64,000 bases of DNA from a virus, in UHGV virus genome UHGV-0086135; one strand, written 5' to 3'. The notes under the pieces are model-generated. The model did not search any database. It was given only the letters and a program-made list of their open reading frames with translations, and was not told where the DNA came from. Made by a program: the position numbers and the translations under genes. Shown here piece after piece: positions 47,875 to 57,275 of this stretch. Numbering within the stretch: position 1 is the first letter of the stretch; every line of letters starts with the position of its first letter.

Positions 47875-48035
47875 ACAGAGATATGACATTAGAAGAGGCT
47901 AAAGCTAAAGCAAATGAAGCAATGGATTTGCTTCTTAAAATTGGCAGTAAAATGATGGAAGAAAATGAGAAATATATCCAGGAAAACAAAATTCCTGACG
48001 GTCCATTAGTAGGCAAAAGGAAATCACATGATTGA
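47871..48035 (+). CDS. hypothetical protein, 54 aa
   Basis: ATGA-coupled; not in ORF track. Confidence 0.35.
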   Translation: MNRDMTLEEAKAKANEAMDLLLKIGSKMMEENEKYIQENKIPDGPLVGKRKSHD

Positions 48036-48510
48036 AGTAGCAAAACATTATTCAATAGAATTTATGTCTAAAGAAGGTAAATCAGTAAATGCACTTGATA
48101 AAAAATGCTCATTAATTATTCCTTTAGCAGAAAATCCGGATCTTTTAATTAAAGATATAAAAGAAAGAAAATATCCAGAAAATGTTATTCTAATTATAAA
48201 GCATACTGAAGATATTTTACAGAATACTGATTCACCGTTTTCTTCTTCTGAAGCTTTAACTATTAAAGGCTATAAAAGAGCTCATGAATATGGTCTTTTT
48301 GCCCTGTTTGAAGACGATAAAGTTAAATTAGCACTTAATTTAGCAGGTCAACCTTCTAAAAGTAAAACATTCATTATTGAAGATATTAAAGATATAAATG
48401 CATTTGTTAAGATGGTCTGGGCTCATTTTGATGTTGGACTACGCTGGAGAATATCTGAAGAAGAAAGAAAGATTATTGAAGCTAATCGTTATTTTGGTTT
48501 TTATCGCTAG
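48028..48510 (+). CDS. hypothetical protein, 160 aa
   Basis: ATGATTGA-coupled. Confidence 0.5.
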   Translation: MIEVAKHYSIEFMSKEGKSVNALDKKCSLIIPLAENPDLLIKDIKERKYPENVILIIKHTEDILQNTDSPFSSSEALTIKGYKRAHEYGLFALFEDDKVKLALNLAGQPSKSKTFIIEDIKDINAFVKMVWAHFDVGLRWRISEEERKIIEANRYFGFYR

Positions 48511-48518
48511 GAATTAAT

Positions 48519-48701
48519 ATGGATTTATTTGAGATGTTAGAAGATAATCATTCTACGAATATCCAGAATGATTCTAGTGATTATAAGAAAGAGTACCGTA
48601 TAGTATTACAGAATTATGGAATTGAAGCCCCAGATGCTCTTCTAGAAGAACTAGCTTCATACCATCTTGACCCTCCGCCCTGGGCTCCCTGGGCAAAATA
48701 A
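48519..48701 (+). CDS. hypothetical protein, 60 aa
   Basis: SD-preceded ORF. Confidence 0.4.
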   Translation: MDLFEMLEDNHSTNIQNDSSDYKKEYRIVLQNYGIEAPDALLEELASYHLDPPPWAPWAK

Positions 48702-48712
48702 TTCAAAAAGTT

Positions 48713-48742
48713 GTTTACTTTCCTTCCTAACAATGATATGAT
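48713..48742 (+). promoter_or_regulatory. T4-type early promoter
   Basis: GTTTAC 48713-48718, TATGAT 48737-48742. Confidence 0.55.
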
Positions 48743-48768
48743 AGCTTCTGAAGTATATGGAGGCTATC

Positions 48769-49392
48769 ATGATTATTAATCTCGCAGATGTTGAACAGTT
48801 ATCTATAAAAGCTGAAAGTGTCGATTTTCAATATGATATGTATAAAAAGGTCTGTGAAAAATTTACTGACTTTGAACAGTCAGTTCTTTGGCAATGTATG
48901 GAAGCCAAAAAGAATGAAGCTCTTCATCGGCAGTTGAATAAAATCGTTAAAAAGCATTTAACTAAATCGCCTTATCAGCTATATCGTGGTATATCAAAAT
49001 CGACAAAAGAACTCATTAAAGATTTGCAAGTTGGAGAAGTGTTTTCAACGAACAGAGTAGATTCATTTACTACTAGTTTGCACACAGCATGTGGTTTTTC
49101 TTATGTTGAATATTCCACTGAAATAATATTTCGCTTAAAAACTGATAAAGCTTTTAATTATTCTGACCATATCAGTGATATTATACTTTCTTCTCCTAAT
49201 ACTGAATTTAAGTATACATATGAAGATACTGATGGATTAGATTCAGAACGTACTGATAACTTAATGATGATTGTGCGTGAACAAGAATGGATGATTCCAA
49301 TTGGAAAGTATAAAATAACTTCTATTTCAAAAGAAAAATTACACGATTCATTTGGAACATTTAAAGTGTATGATATTGAGGTAGTTGAATGA
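48769..49392 (+). CDS. modB: ADP-ribosyltransferase ModB
   Basis: 207 aa from ATG 48769 (GGAGG SD); R-S-E motif (YRGI / STNRVDSFTTS / EQEWMIP). Confidence 0.75.
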   Translation: MIINLADVEQLSIKAESVDFQYDMYKKVCEKFTDFEQSVLWQCMEAKKNEALHRQLNKIVKKHLTKSPYQLYRGISKSTKELIKDLQVGEVFSTNRVDSFTTSLHTACGFSYVEYSTEIIFRLKTDKAFNYSDHISDIILSSPNTEFKYTYEDTDGLDSERTDNLMMIVREQEWMIPIGKYKITSISKEKLHDSFGTFKVYDIEVVE

Positions 49393-49991
49393 AATATTCA
49401 GCAATGCAATTAAAAGATTTTAAAATCAAATCAATGGATGCATCTGTGCGTGCTTCTATTCGTGAAGAATTACTTTCTGAAGGATTTAATTTATCCGAAA
49501 TTGAACTTTTAATTCATTGTATTACTAATAAGCCAGACGATCATTCTTGGTTAAATGAAATAATCAAATCTCGTTTGGTTCCAAACGATAAACCTCTTTG
49601 GAGAGGTGTTCCAGTTGAGACTAAACAGGTGTTAAATCAAGGAATTGATATTATTACATTTGATAAAGTAGTATCAGCTTCATATGATAAAAATATAGCT
49701 CTACATTTTGCTTCTGGATTAGAATACAACACGCAAGTTATTTTTGAATTCAAAGCTCCTATGGTGTTTAATTTCCAGGAGTATGCTATAAAAGCTTTAC
49801 GTTGTAAAGAATATAGCCCGAGTTTTAAATTTCCGGATAGCCATCGTTATCGTAATATGGAATTAGTTTCAGATGAACAAGAAGTAATGATACCAGCTGG
49901 AAGTGTATTTAGAATTGCGGATAGATACGAGTATAAAAAGTATTCAACATACACTATCTATACTCTTGATTTTGAAGGATTTAATCTATAA
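49389..49991 (+). CDS. modA: ADP-ribosyltransferase ModA
   Basis: 200 aa; R-S-E motif (WRGV / SASYD / EQEVMIP); paralogue of ModB. Confidence 0.75.
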   Translation: MKYSAMQLKDFKIKSMDASVRASIREELLSEGFNLSEIELLIHCITNKPDDHSWLNEIIKSRLVPNDKPLWRGVPVETKQVLNQGIDIITFDKVVSASYDKNIALHFASGLEYNTQVIFEFKAPMVFNFQEYAIKALRCKEYSPSFKFPDSHRYRNMELVSDEQEVMIPAGSVFRIADRYEYKKYSTYTIYTLDFEGFNL

Positions 49992-50047
49992 TGGAAGGAC
50001 TTAGATTCATTATACCATGAAAGTTTTAAAGCATTTTTCATAAAGTT

Positions 50048-50077
50048 GTTTACAAGCTGAAGTAAAAATGTTATAGT
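50048..50077 (+). promoter_or_regulatory. T4-type early promoter
   Basis: GTTTAC 50048-50053, TATAGT 50072-50077. Confidence 0.55.
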
Positions 50078-50107
50078 ATAAGTAGTTAACCCGTCCGTGA
50101 GAAAAAT

Positions 50108-50854
50108 ATGAAACTGTCTAAAAATCAAATTCGTAAAATTACACGTCGTCTAGAGCACACTCAGGCATCTGCTAAAAGACGTTCTAAAGATTTTAACTTA
50201 GACTTCAATTACATTAAGAACATTTTAGATCAGAAAGTTTGCGCTTACTCAGGAGAACCTTTTGATAATCGTATTGAAGGAGAGAAATTATCATTAGAAC
50301 GTTTTGATAATAACGTTGGATACATTAAAGGGAATGTTATTGCAGTAAAGAAAAAGTACAATACATTTCGTTCTGATTATACTTTAGAAGAGTTGATTGA
50401 AAAGCGTGATTTATTTGCTTTACGAATTGGTCGTTCATCTGCGAAAAAAGTTCATAAACTAAATTTAGATGAAAAGAAATGGGCTAAAATCAAAAAGACT
50501 TATAATCAAATTAAAGCTATACAGAAAAAACGTGAAAACCGAATTGAACACATTTCTCAGCTTTCTAAATCAAAACAAACCTCTGACATTAAGCTAACGA
50601 TTATAGCACTCAAAGCTCGTATTGATGGTTCTCGTATAGCAGAAGGCACTGAAGTTGTTAAATTGAACGTTCTTCTTAAAGGCTCTGATTGGAAAACTGT
50701 GAAAAAGTTGTCAGAAGCAGAAATGCAATATGATATGTGTGATAAAATTATTCAAGGTGTAGAGCGGTATCAAAACTTGTCTTTTATTGATAAACTTAAA
50801 CTGAAAAGAGGATACCCGCTAAATTGTTCAATTTTTAAACTTATCCGGGGATAA
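50108..50854 (+). CDS. hypothetical basic protein, 248 aa (srd position)
   Basis: Position between modA and dda where T4 has srd; sequence identity not verified. Confidence 0.4.
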   Translation: MKLSKNQIRKITRRLEHTQASAKRRSKDFNLDFNYIKNILDQKVCAYSGEPFDNRIEGEKLSLERFDNNVGYIKGNVIAVKKKYNTFRSDYTLEELIEKRDLFALRIGRSSAKKVHKLNLDEKKWAKIKKTYNQIKAIQKKRENRIEHISQLSKSKQTSDIKLTIIALKARIDGSRIAEGTEVVKLNVLLKGSDWKTVKKLSEAEMQYDMCDKIIQGVERYQNLSFIDKLKLKRGYPLNCSIFKLIRG

Positions 50855-50855
50855 T

Positions 50856-51167
50856 ATGTTTTATGTATATGCGATAGTTTATAGAGATAAAGATGGATTT
50901 GCAGTGCCTGTTCCGCTTGATGAACATCGTCCTGCTGTATTTTTTGAAAGGGAGATTGCTGATAAAGTATTTACCACTCTTAAAGAGCAGTATCGACTAG
51001 CTTTAGGTATGGGAATTCCGAGATTAGTTGAGACTCCACGCAAGTTTTGGTTTAATAAAATAGAAGTTAAACGCGTTAAGCCTGATGTAGACACACAAAG
51101 ATTATATCGGCGAATTTTAGATACTGGGCGTATTGTTAGTATACCAATTGCAGGGAATTTACGATGA
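50856..51167 (+). CDS. hypothetical protein, 103 aa
   Basis: SD-preceded ORF. Confidence 0.5.
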   Translation: MFYVYAIVYRDKDGFAVPVPLDEHRPAVFFEREIADKVFTTLKEQYRLALGMGIPRLVETPRKFWFNKIEVKRVKPDVDTQRLYRRILDTGRIVSIPIAGNLR

Positions 51168-52483
51168 CATTTGATGATTTGACTGAAGGTCAGAAAAATG
51201 CCTTTAACATCGTTATGAGGGCTATTAAAGAAAAGAAACATCATGTAACTATTAATGGACCTGCTGGTACTGGTAAGACTACTCTTACTAAGTTCATTAT
51301 TGAAGCCTTAATATCTACGGGCGAAACTGGCATTATTTTAGCAGCTCCTACTCACGCAGCTAAAAAGATTCTTTCAAAACTGTCAGGGAAAGAAGCGAGT
51401 ACTATTCACAGTATTCTTAAAATTAACCCGGTAACATACGAAGAAAACGTTCTTTTTGAACAAAAAGAAGTACCGGATTTGGCTAAATGCAGAGTATTAA
51501 TCTGCGATGAAGTATCAATGTATGATAGAAAGCTATTTAAAATTCTGCTTTCAACTATCCCGCCGTGGTGTACTATAATTGGAATAGGTGATAATAAGCA
51601 AATTAGACCCGTTGACCCAGGAGAAAACACTGCTTATATTAGTCCGTTCTTTACACATAAAGATTTTTATCAGTGTGAACTCACTGAAGTTAAACGCAGT
51701 AATGCTCCTATTATTGATGTAGCTACTGATGTTCGCAACGGTAAGTGGATTTATGATAAAGTTGTTGACGGGCATGGAGTACGTGGATTTACCGGTGATG
51801 CCGCTTTACGCGATTTTATGGTAAATTATTTTTCAATCGTAAAATCACTAGATGATTTGTTTGAAAATCGCGTCATGGCATTTACGAATAAATCTGTTGA
51901 TAAGTTAAATAACATTATTCGCAAAAAGATTTTTGAAACTGATAAAGATTTTATCGTCGGTGAAATTATTGTAATGCAGGAACCATTAATTAAAACATAT
52001 AAAATTGATGGAAAGCCTGTGTCAGAAATTATTTTTAATAACGGACAATTAGTTCGTATTATAGAAGCAGAGTATACATCAACATTTGTTAAAGCTCGTG
52101 GTGTTTCTGGAGAATATCTAATTCGTCATTGGGATTTAACAGTAGAAACTTACGGCGATGATGAATATTATCGTGAAAAGATTAAAATAATTTCATCTGA
52201 TGAAGAGCTGTATAAGTTTAACCTATTTTTAGGTAAAACGGCAGAAACGTATAAAAATTGGAATAAAGGTGGAAAAGCTCCGTGGAGTGATTTTTGGGAT
52301 GCTAAATCACAGTTTAGTAAAGTGAAAGCACTTCCTGCATCAACATTCCATAAAGCTCAGGGCATGTCTGTAGACCGTGCTTTCATTTATACGCCTTGTA
52401 TTCATTATGCAGACGCTGAACTAGCTCAGCAGCTTCTTTATGTTGGTGTTACTCGTGGTCGTTATGATGTGTTTTATGTGTGA
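51164..52483 (+). CDS. dda: DNA helicase Dda (SF1)
   Basis: 439 aa; Walker A GPAGTGKTT, Walker B LICDEVSM. Confidence 0.9.
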   Translation: MTFDDLTEGQKNAFNIVMRAIKEKKHHVTINGPAGTGKTTLTKFIIEALISTGETGIILAAPTHAAKKILSKLSGKEASTIHSILKINPVTYEENVLFEQKEVPDLAKCRVLICDEVSMYDRKLFKILLSTIPPWCTIIGIGDNKQIRPVDPGENTAYISPFFTHKDFYQCELTEVKRSNAPIIDVATDVRNGKWIYDKVVDGHGVRGFTGDAALRDFMVNYFSIVKSLDDLFENRVMAFTNKSVDKLNNIIRKKIFETDKDFIVGEIIVMQEPLIKTYKIDGKPVSEIIFNNGQLVRIIEAEYTSTFVKARGVSGEYLIRHWDLTVETYGDDEYYREKIKIISSDEELYKFNLFLGKTAETYKNWNKGGKAPWSDFWDAKSQFSKVKALPASTFHKAQGMSVDRAFIYTPCIHYADAELAQQLLYVGVTRGRYDVFYV

Positions 52484-52489
52484 GGATAT

Positions 52490-52750
52490 ATGATTAACAT
52501 CAATTCAAAATATTTAAATCGTCTAATAGATGGTATAAAGAAGCATACTGATAAGCAAGATAACCTCAGTGTTATGGTAACAGGAGCTGAGCTCCTTTAT
52601 AAACTTAATCTTATAAGTGATACTATACTAGCAATTAAACGAATTGAAAAACAATCATATCATAGTAATACAGACACGGTAATTACATTAGATGAAAGTG
52701 TCTGTAAATTACTAATTAAATTTGAGGAAGCTATTCGTGGAAATAACTAA
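52490..52750 (+). CDS. hypothetical protein, 86 aa (paralogue family)
   Basis: GAGGA SD; similar size to following two ORFs. Confidence 0.45.
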   Translation: MININSKYLNRLIDGIKKHTDKQDNLSVMVTGAELLYKLNLISDTILAIKRIEKQSYHSNTDTVITLDESVCKLLIKFEEAIRGNN

Positions 52751-52982
52751 AGACCAGTTTTATCTGCTTCAAGATAAAGTGAGCGAAATTTATGAAATAG
52801 CTTATAGTAAAAATCGCAAAAACGTGAAAATTGAATCAGGCAAGTTAATGCTTCAATTGGAAGAAATTGAACGAGATTTGATTGCATTAGAATTCTTTTG
52901 CGGTGAAGTGAAAACTGTTACAATCAGTGATTATGTTTTAGGTGAAATTAGCCATCTTTATAAGGCGGTTATTAATGATTGA
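52737..52982 (+). CDS. hypothetical protein, 81 aa (paralogue family)
   Basis: GTG 52737 with GAGGA SD; LEEIERDL...DYVLGEISHLYK similar to next ORF. Confidence 0.4.
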   Translation: MEITKDQFYLLQDKVSEIYEIAYSKNRKNVKIESGKLMLQLEEIERDLIALEFFCGEVKTVTISDYVLGEISHLYKAVIND

Positions 52983-53217
52983 ATTAAGTTGGTACCAATT
53001 TAAATCTCTTATGGCAAACGTTAAAGCTGTCATTCAAGAAAATCCAGGACCTGATAATGTTACTATTCGTGAAAAAGCTTTAAAGATAGTATACAGTCTT
53101 GAAGAAATACAAAAAGATATTGAATCTATGGCAAAATTTATTGATGAGCCCATTAATAAAGTTTATATCCAAGATTATACTGTAGGTCAAATTCGCGATT
53201 TAGCGAGGAAAATTTAA
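52975..53217 (+). CDS. hypothetical protein, 80 aa (paralogue family)
   Basis: ATG 52975; LEEIQKDI...DYTVGQIRDLAR. Confidence 0.4.
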   Translation: MIELSWYQFKSLMANVKAVIQENPGPDNVTIREKALKIVYSLEEIQKDIESMAKFIDEPINKVYIQDYTVGQIRDLARKI

Positions 53218-53900
53218 TGTTTGATTTTATTATAGATTTTGAAACAATGGGAAGCGGTGAAAAAGCAGCTGTTATTGACTTAGCTGTTATTGCCTTTGAC
53301 CCTAATCCAGAAGTAGTTGAAACATTTGATGAATTAGTTTCACGCGGCATTAAAATCAAGTTTGATTTAAAAAGCCAAAAAGGACATCGTCTTTTTACTA
53401 AAAGCACTATCGAATGGTGGAAAAATCAATCTCCTGAAGCTCGAAAAAATATTGCACCATCAGATGAAGATGTAAGCACTATCGACGGTATTGCAAAATT
53501 TAATGATTACATCAATGCACATAACATCGATCCTTGGAAATCTCAAGGCTGGTGCCGTGGAATGTCGTTTGATTTTCCTATTTTAGTTGATCTCATTCGT
53601 GATATTCAACGTCTTAACGGCGTTTCTGAGAATGAACTTGACACATTTAAGTTAGAACCTTGTAAATTCTGGAATCAGCGTGATATTCGTACCAGAATTG
53701 AAGCACTTCTGCTTGTTCGTGATATGACTACATGTCCTCTTCCAAAGGGAACTTTAGATGGATTCGTTGCACATGATTCTATTCATGACTGTGCGAAAGA
53801 CATCCTGATGATGAAGTATGCTTTGCGGTATGCTATGGGTCTTGAAGATGCTCCGTCAGAGGAAGAGTGCGATCCTCTGTCTCTTCCAACAAAACGATAA
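53217..53900 (+). CDS. dexA: exonuclease A (DEDD 3'-5' exonuclease)
   Basis: 227 aa; N-terminal FDFIIDFETMG DEDD-type motif. Confidence 0.85.
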   Translation: MFDFIIDFETMGSGEKAAVIDLAVIAFDPNPEVVETFDELVSRGIKIKFDLKSQKGHRLFTKSTIEWWKNQSPEARKNIAPSDEDVSTIDGIAKFNDYINAHNIDPWKSQGWCRGMSFDFPILVDLIRDIQRLNGVSENELDTFKLEPCKFWNQRDIRTRIEALLLVRDMTTCPLPKGTLDGFVAHDSIHDCAKDILMMKYALRYAMGLEDAPSEEECDPLSLPTKR

Positions 53901-53906
53901 AAAGTT

Positions 53907-53936
53907 GTTTACTTCCTCGGTTAGTTGTGGTATTAT
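53907..53936 (+). promoter_or_regulatory. T4-type early promoter
   Basis: GTTTAC 53907-53912, TATTAT 53931-53936. Confidence 0.55.
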
Positions 53937-53963
53937 AACACCATAGCTACTGAGGATAATAAA

Positions 53964-54476
53964 ATGAAAATTTATCGTGTTGAATCATCGTTTAGCGCAT
54001 TAAATGATGATAGTGGTATAGTGAAAATTAGGCAAGAGTTATGCGTTCAATCAACTCCTTATCGTGGATTTGATTCTATGAAAACTCGAACTTGGCTAAA
54101 ATTTTGCGGTATTAATTCATCGTCATTTCATCATCATAGCAATGATTATGAAAGCCATGAAAGTATTCCTATTCCACATGATGATAAGTTATTAGTTGAA
54201 AATGCTAATGATGCTATTAAAACTAAATGGAATAAAGATTATTCGCAATTTGAAAATTATATTCCATTGTGGCTTATTTCATTATATCATTTTGCTTTCG
54301 CTAGTGAATATGATATGATGAGATGGTTCACCCGAGAAGAGCGTGAAGACTTAAAAGATCGTGGAATGTACATTGCGATTTATGAAGTTCCTGAAGATGA
54401 AGTTATCATTGGCGGACACCAAGTAATGTTCCGTAAATCCCATGCTGAACTTGTAGATTTTATTGAAATGAGATAA
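53964..54476 (+). CDS. hypothetical protein, 170 aa
   Basis: ATG 53964 with GAGGA SD. Confidence 0.5.
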   Translation: MKIYRVESSFSALNDDSGIVKIRQELCVQSTPYRGFDSMKTRTWLKFCGINSSSFHHHSNDYESHESIPIPHDDKLLVENANDAIKTKWNKDYSQFENYIPLWLISLYHFAFASEYDMMRWFTREEREDLKDRGMYIAIYEVPEDEVIIGGHQVMFRKSHAELVDFIEMR

Positions 54477-54478
54477 TT

Positions 54479-55021
54479 ATGAAATTTAATTATAATCCTG
54501 AATACACACCGAATCCTGTAGATAAACCGTTTGATATGGATATAGCAAGCATGTACGGCACTCTTGTTAAACCATTAGAAATTAAGGAAACCTTTATGAC
54601 TGCTCGGACCATTGAAATTGACAAAATCTACAAACTGGTTGAAACTGAAATTAAAACTACTGAACTAGATTTGGGTTATAAAGCATTGACCAGTGTTTTT
54701 GGTGAAGGCGAGTTTGTGGTTAAAAGTTTTTCAAAAAGTAATTGGCATGATAAGAATAAAGCTTACGTGATTCGAGCACAACGCTTAGATAATGATGAAG
54801 TAATTAAAACTATAGTCTTTGAAGCAGAGATTATCCTCTTCAAAGAAGTTGATCCTACTGACCTTTTGACTCGTGCAGTAGCTATCAAGACTCCATTTAT
54901 TTCGGTCTGTGGTTGGGTAACAGACCAGTGGATTGAAGATGGTGTTGAACTCCTGAACGTTGTTCATGCAGGTGATTTTAGCGTAGTACCTCGTAGTGCA
55001 GTAGTAGCTATTTTGAATTAA
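54479..55021 (+). CDS. hypothetical protein, 180 aa (paralogue of 55098 ORF)
   Basis: C-terminal WVTDQWIEDGVELLNVVHAGDFSVVP. Confidence 0.5.
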   Translation: MKFNYNPEYTPNPVDKPFDMDIASMYGTLVKPLEIKETFMTARTIEIDKIYKLVETEIKTTELDLGYKALTSVFGEGEFVVKSFSKSNWHDKNKAYVIRAQRLDNDEVIKTIVFEAEIILFKEVDPTDLLTRAVAIKTPFISVCGWVTDQWIEDGVELLNVVHAGDFSVVPRSAVVAILN

Positions 55022-55023
55022 TA

Positions 55024-55053
55024 GTTTACAAACTCTTGGGACCAGAGTATAAT
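55024..55053 (+). promoter_or_regulatory. T4-type early promoter
   Basis: GTTTAC 55024-55029, TATAAT 55048-55053. Confidence 0.6.
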
Positions 55054-55097
55054 GGTCCTGTGGAGTATAAAATCTTTTTAACAAGTGAGAGATAACT

Positions 55098-55586
55098 ATG
55101 ATTATTAATATTGGTGAAATTGCTCGTGTATCTGATAAATCCCGTTCTAAAGCAGCAGGAAAATTGGTTGAAATTGTAAGCATTCAGCTTAAACACAGTG
55201 TTAAAGATGAAGATTCTGAAGTAAAAGTGCGTATCATTCCTAAAGATGGAAAGTCTAAACCCCAGTTTGGCTATGTTCGTGCGAAATTTCTTGAGTCTGC
55301 GTTTTTGAAAGCTGTTCCTGCTAAAGGAATTGAAACGATTGATACTTCGCATGTAGGCGTAGACTTTAAGTGGAAACTCGGTCAGGCTATTAAGTTCATT
55401 GCTCCCTGTGAATTTAAATTTATCAAAGATGATGGTGTGGCTGTTTATACTCGTGCTATGTGCGCATACATTACCGATCAGTGGGTAGAAGACGGTGTTA
55501 AGCTGTATAATGTGGTATTTTTAGGAACATACAAAGTCATTCCTGAAAGCTGGATTAAACATTACAGCAAAGCTCTCTATGCATAA
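55098..55586 (+). CDS. hypothetical protein, 162 aa (paralogue of 54479 ORF; possibly MotB-like by size/position)
   Basis: C-terminal YITDQWVEDGVKLYNVVFLGTYKVIP. Confidence 0.5.
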   Translation: MIINIGEIARVSDKSRSKAAGKLVEIVSIQLKHSVKDEDSEVKVRIIPKDGKSKPQFGYVRAKFLESAFLKAVPAKGIETIDTSHVGVDFKWKLGQAIKFIAPCEFKFIKDDGVAVYTRAMCAYITDQWVEDGVKLYNVVFLGTYKVIPESWIKHYSKALYA

Positions 55587-55611
55587 AGTTTAAAATTTTT
55601 TCATAAAACTA

Positions 55612-55640
55612 TATACATCAGTAGTTGATTATGGTACTAT
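55612..55640 (+). promoter_or_regulatory. diverged early promoter/leader cassette
   Basis: TATACA ... TACTAT then GGAGAATAAAATG leader followed by only 11 codons. Confidence 0.4.
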
Positions 55641-55758
55641 ATCAATATCAACTACTGATACAGAAAATAACTTGGAGAATAAAATGGAAAATTTGCCAAA
55701 GGTGCTGCCACTCTTCTGAAACGCATCGCTCCAATGTTCAATTAACGAGGAAATTGTA

Positions 55759-55974
55759 ATGAAACGTAAAATTGTTCAGAACTGCACTAATGACGAATTT
55801 GAAGATGTGTTATTCGATCCAGATTTGGTAGTAGTTCAAAAGGAACACACTGCTAAGTTTACTCACTTGACTTCGGTTTATGTGTATGAAAAGGTTGGGG
55901 ATAAACAACCAATTTACGGTGTATTTCGTGAAATCACTGAAGACGGTACAACTTACTGGAAGGAAATTTATTAA
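55759..55974 (+). CDS. hypothetical protein, 71 aa
   Basis: GAGGAAA SD. Confidence 0.45.
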   Translation: MKRKIVQNCTNDEFEDVLFDPDLVVVQKEHTAKFTHLTSVYVYEKVGDKQPIYGVFREITEDGTTYWKEIY

Positions 55975-56387
55975 TGGCTATTAAATTTGAAGTTAATAAA
56001 TGGTATCAATTTAAAAATAAACAAGCTCAAGAAAATTTTATTAAAGACCATACTGATAACGGAATCTATGCACGCCGTTTAGGTATGCATCCTTTTAAAA
56101 TTTTAGATGTGGATGCTCTTGGGCGTCCTATTAAAATTATGTCATTTGCTGGAAATTTGGTACTATCTTCTGGTAAAGATATTTTGGATGAAGATTTTAT
56201 TTGGCTTTCATCGAATGAAGCTGAATTCTTTAATGAAGTTGAAAATCCATACCAGGCAGCTGAAGAGCAGGAAGAATCTGCAACAATAACTGATCCATCT
56301 AAATTCCCGGTCATGAACGTTACTATTGAAAATAATGAACAGGCATGGTCTTTGTATCAGATGTTGAAAGCTCACTTTAAGGAATAA
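55974..56387 (+). CDS. hypothetical acidic protein, 137 aa
   Basis: TAATG-coupled. Confidence 0.5.
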   Translation: MAIKFEVNKWYQFKNKQAQENFIKDHTDNGIYARRLGMHPFKILDVDALGRPIKIMSFAGNLVLSSGKDILDEDFIWLSSNEAEFFNEVENPYQAAEEQEESATITDPSKFPVMNVTIENNEQAWSLYQMLKAHFKE

Positions 56388-56389
56388 TT

Positions 56390-56566
56390 ATGCCGCTTTA
56401 TGATTATAAATGTCAATTCAAAGACTGTGCAAAAGAATACGAAAAAATCAAGAAAATTTCTGAAAGGGATACTGATGTATGTCCTGATTGTCATCGGATT
56501 GCTATTCGGTTAGTTTCCGCTCCTAAGCATGTGAATGGTGGTTTTTACGACTTACTTAAAGGGTAA
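56390..56566 (+). CDS. zinc-ribbon small protein, 58 aa
   Basis: CxxC ... CPDC; not in ORF track. Confidence 0.4.
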   Translation: MPLYDYKCQFKDCAKEYEKIKKISERDTDVCPDCHRIAIRLVSAPKHVNGGFYDLLKG

Positions 56567-56568
56567 TT

Positions 56569-56940
56569 ATGTTTAAAATTGGTAAGAAATATCGCATTCG
56601 CGAAGGTGAAGAAAAGAAATATCTATTTTCTGCTATTTATAGGAATGGTTCTATTAATGCCGTAATATCTACAAGCGAATTTATCGTTGAAGATATGAAA
56701 GGTAATAATGTTACAATGATTAGTACAGCATCTGGAAATGATGGAAAAATTCTTCACAGTTTTCAGAGTAATGTTCTAATATATGATGAAGAATTTGACC
56801 TATTCGAAGAAGTCCCCGAAGGTTTTGATTTTGAATGCACTATCACTATGAAATCTGGTGACCCTCTTTCATTTACAGTTAAAGATGAAAGAAGTCGCTT
56901 GAGAATTATTAGTCTCCTTCAAGCCATTAAATTTAAGTGA
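56569..56940 (+). CDS. hypothetical protein, 123 aa
   Basis: SD-preceded ORF. Confidence 0.5.
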   Translation: MFKIGKKYRIREGEEKKYLFSAIYRNGSINAVISTSEFIVEDMKGNNVTMISTASGNDGKILHSFQSNVLIYDEEFDLFEEVPEGFDFECTITMKSGDPLSFTVKDERSRLRIISLLQAIKFK

Positions 56941-56945
56941 AAACT

Positions 56946-57206
56946 ATGAAATATATTAATCGTTCTATCGCAGCATTAGTATTAGCAGTGTCTTTAGCAG
57001 GATGTACTGATGCTGATAATGCAACCAAAGTTTTATCTTCAAGCGGTTTTACTAATATTGAAATCACTGGATACAACTGGTTCGGTTGCTCTGAAAATGA
57101 TTTCCAACATACTGGATTTCGTGCTATTGGACCTACTGGGCAGAAAGTAGAAGGAACTGTATGTTCTGGTCTATTCTTCAAGGATTCGACTATCCGTTTT
57201 AAATAA
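56946..57206 (+). CDS. predicted lipoprotein, 86 aa
   Basis: Signal peptide with lipobox LAGC. Confidence 0.5.
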   Translation: MKYINRSIAALVLAVSLAGCTDADNATKVLSSSGFTNIEITGYNWFGCSENDFQHTGFRAIGPTGQKVEGTVCSGLFFKDSTIRFK

Positions 57207-57223
57207 AAGGCCTTCGGGCCTTT
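57206..57223 (+). terminator. UUCG-loop hairpin (terminator-like)
   Basis: aaaggcc-ttcg-ggccttt. Confidence 0.55.
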
Positions 57224-57275
57224 AGCTTTATGATTACCGGAGTATAATATTCCCGAAACCAAACGAGGATAAGTG

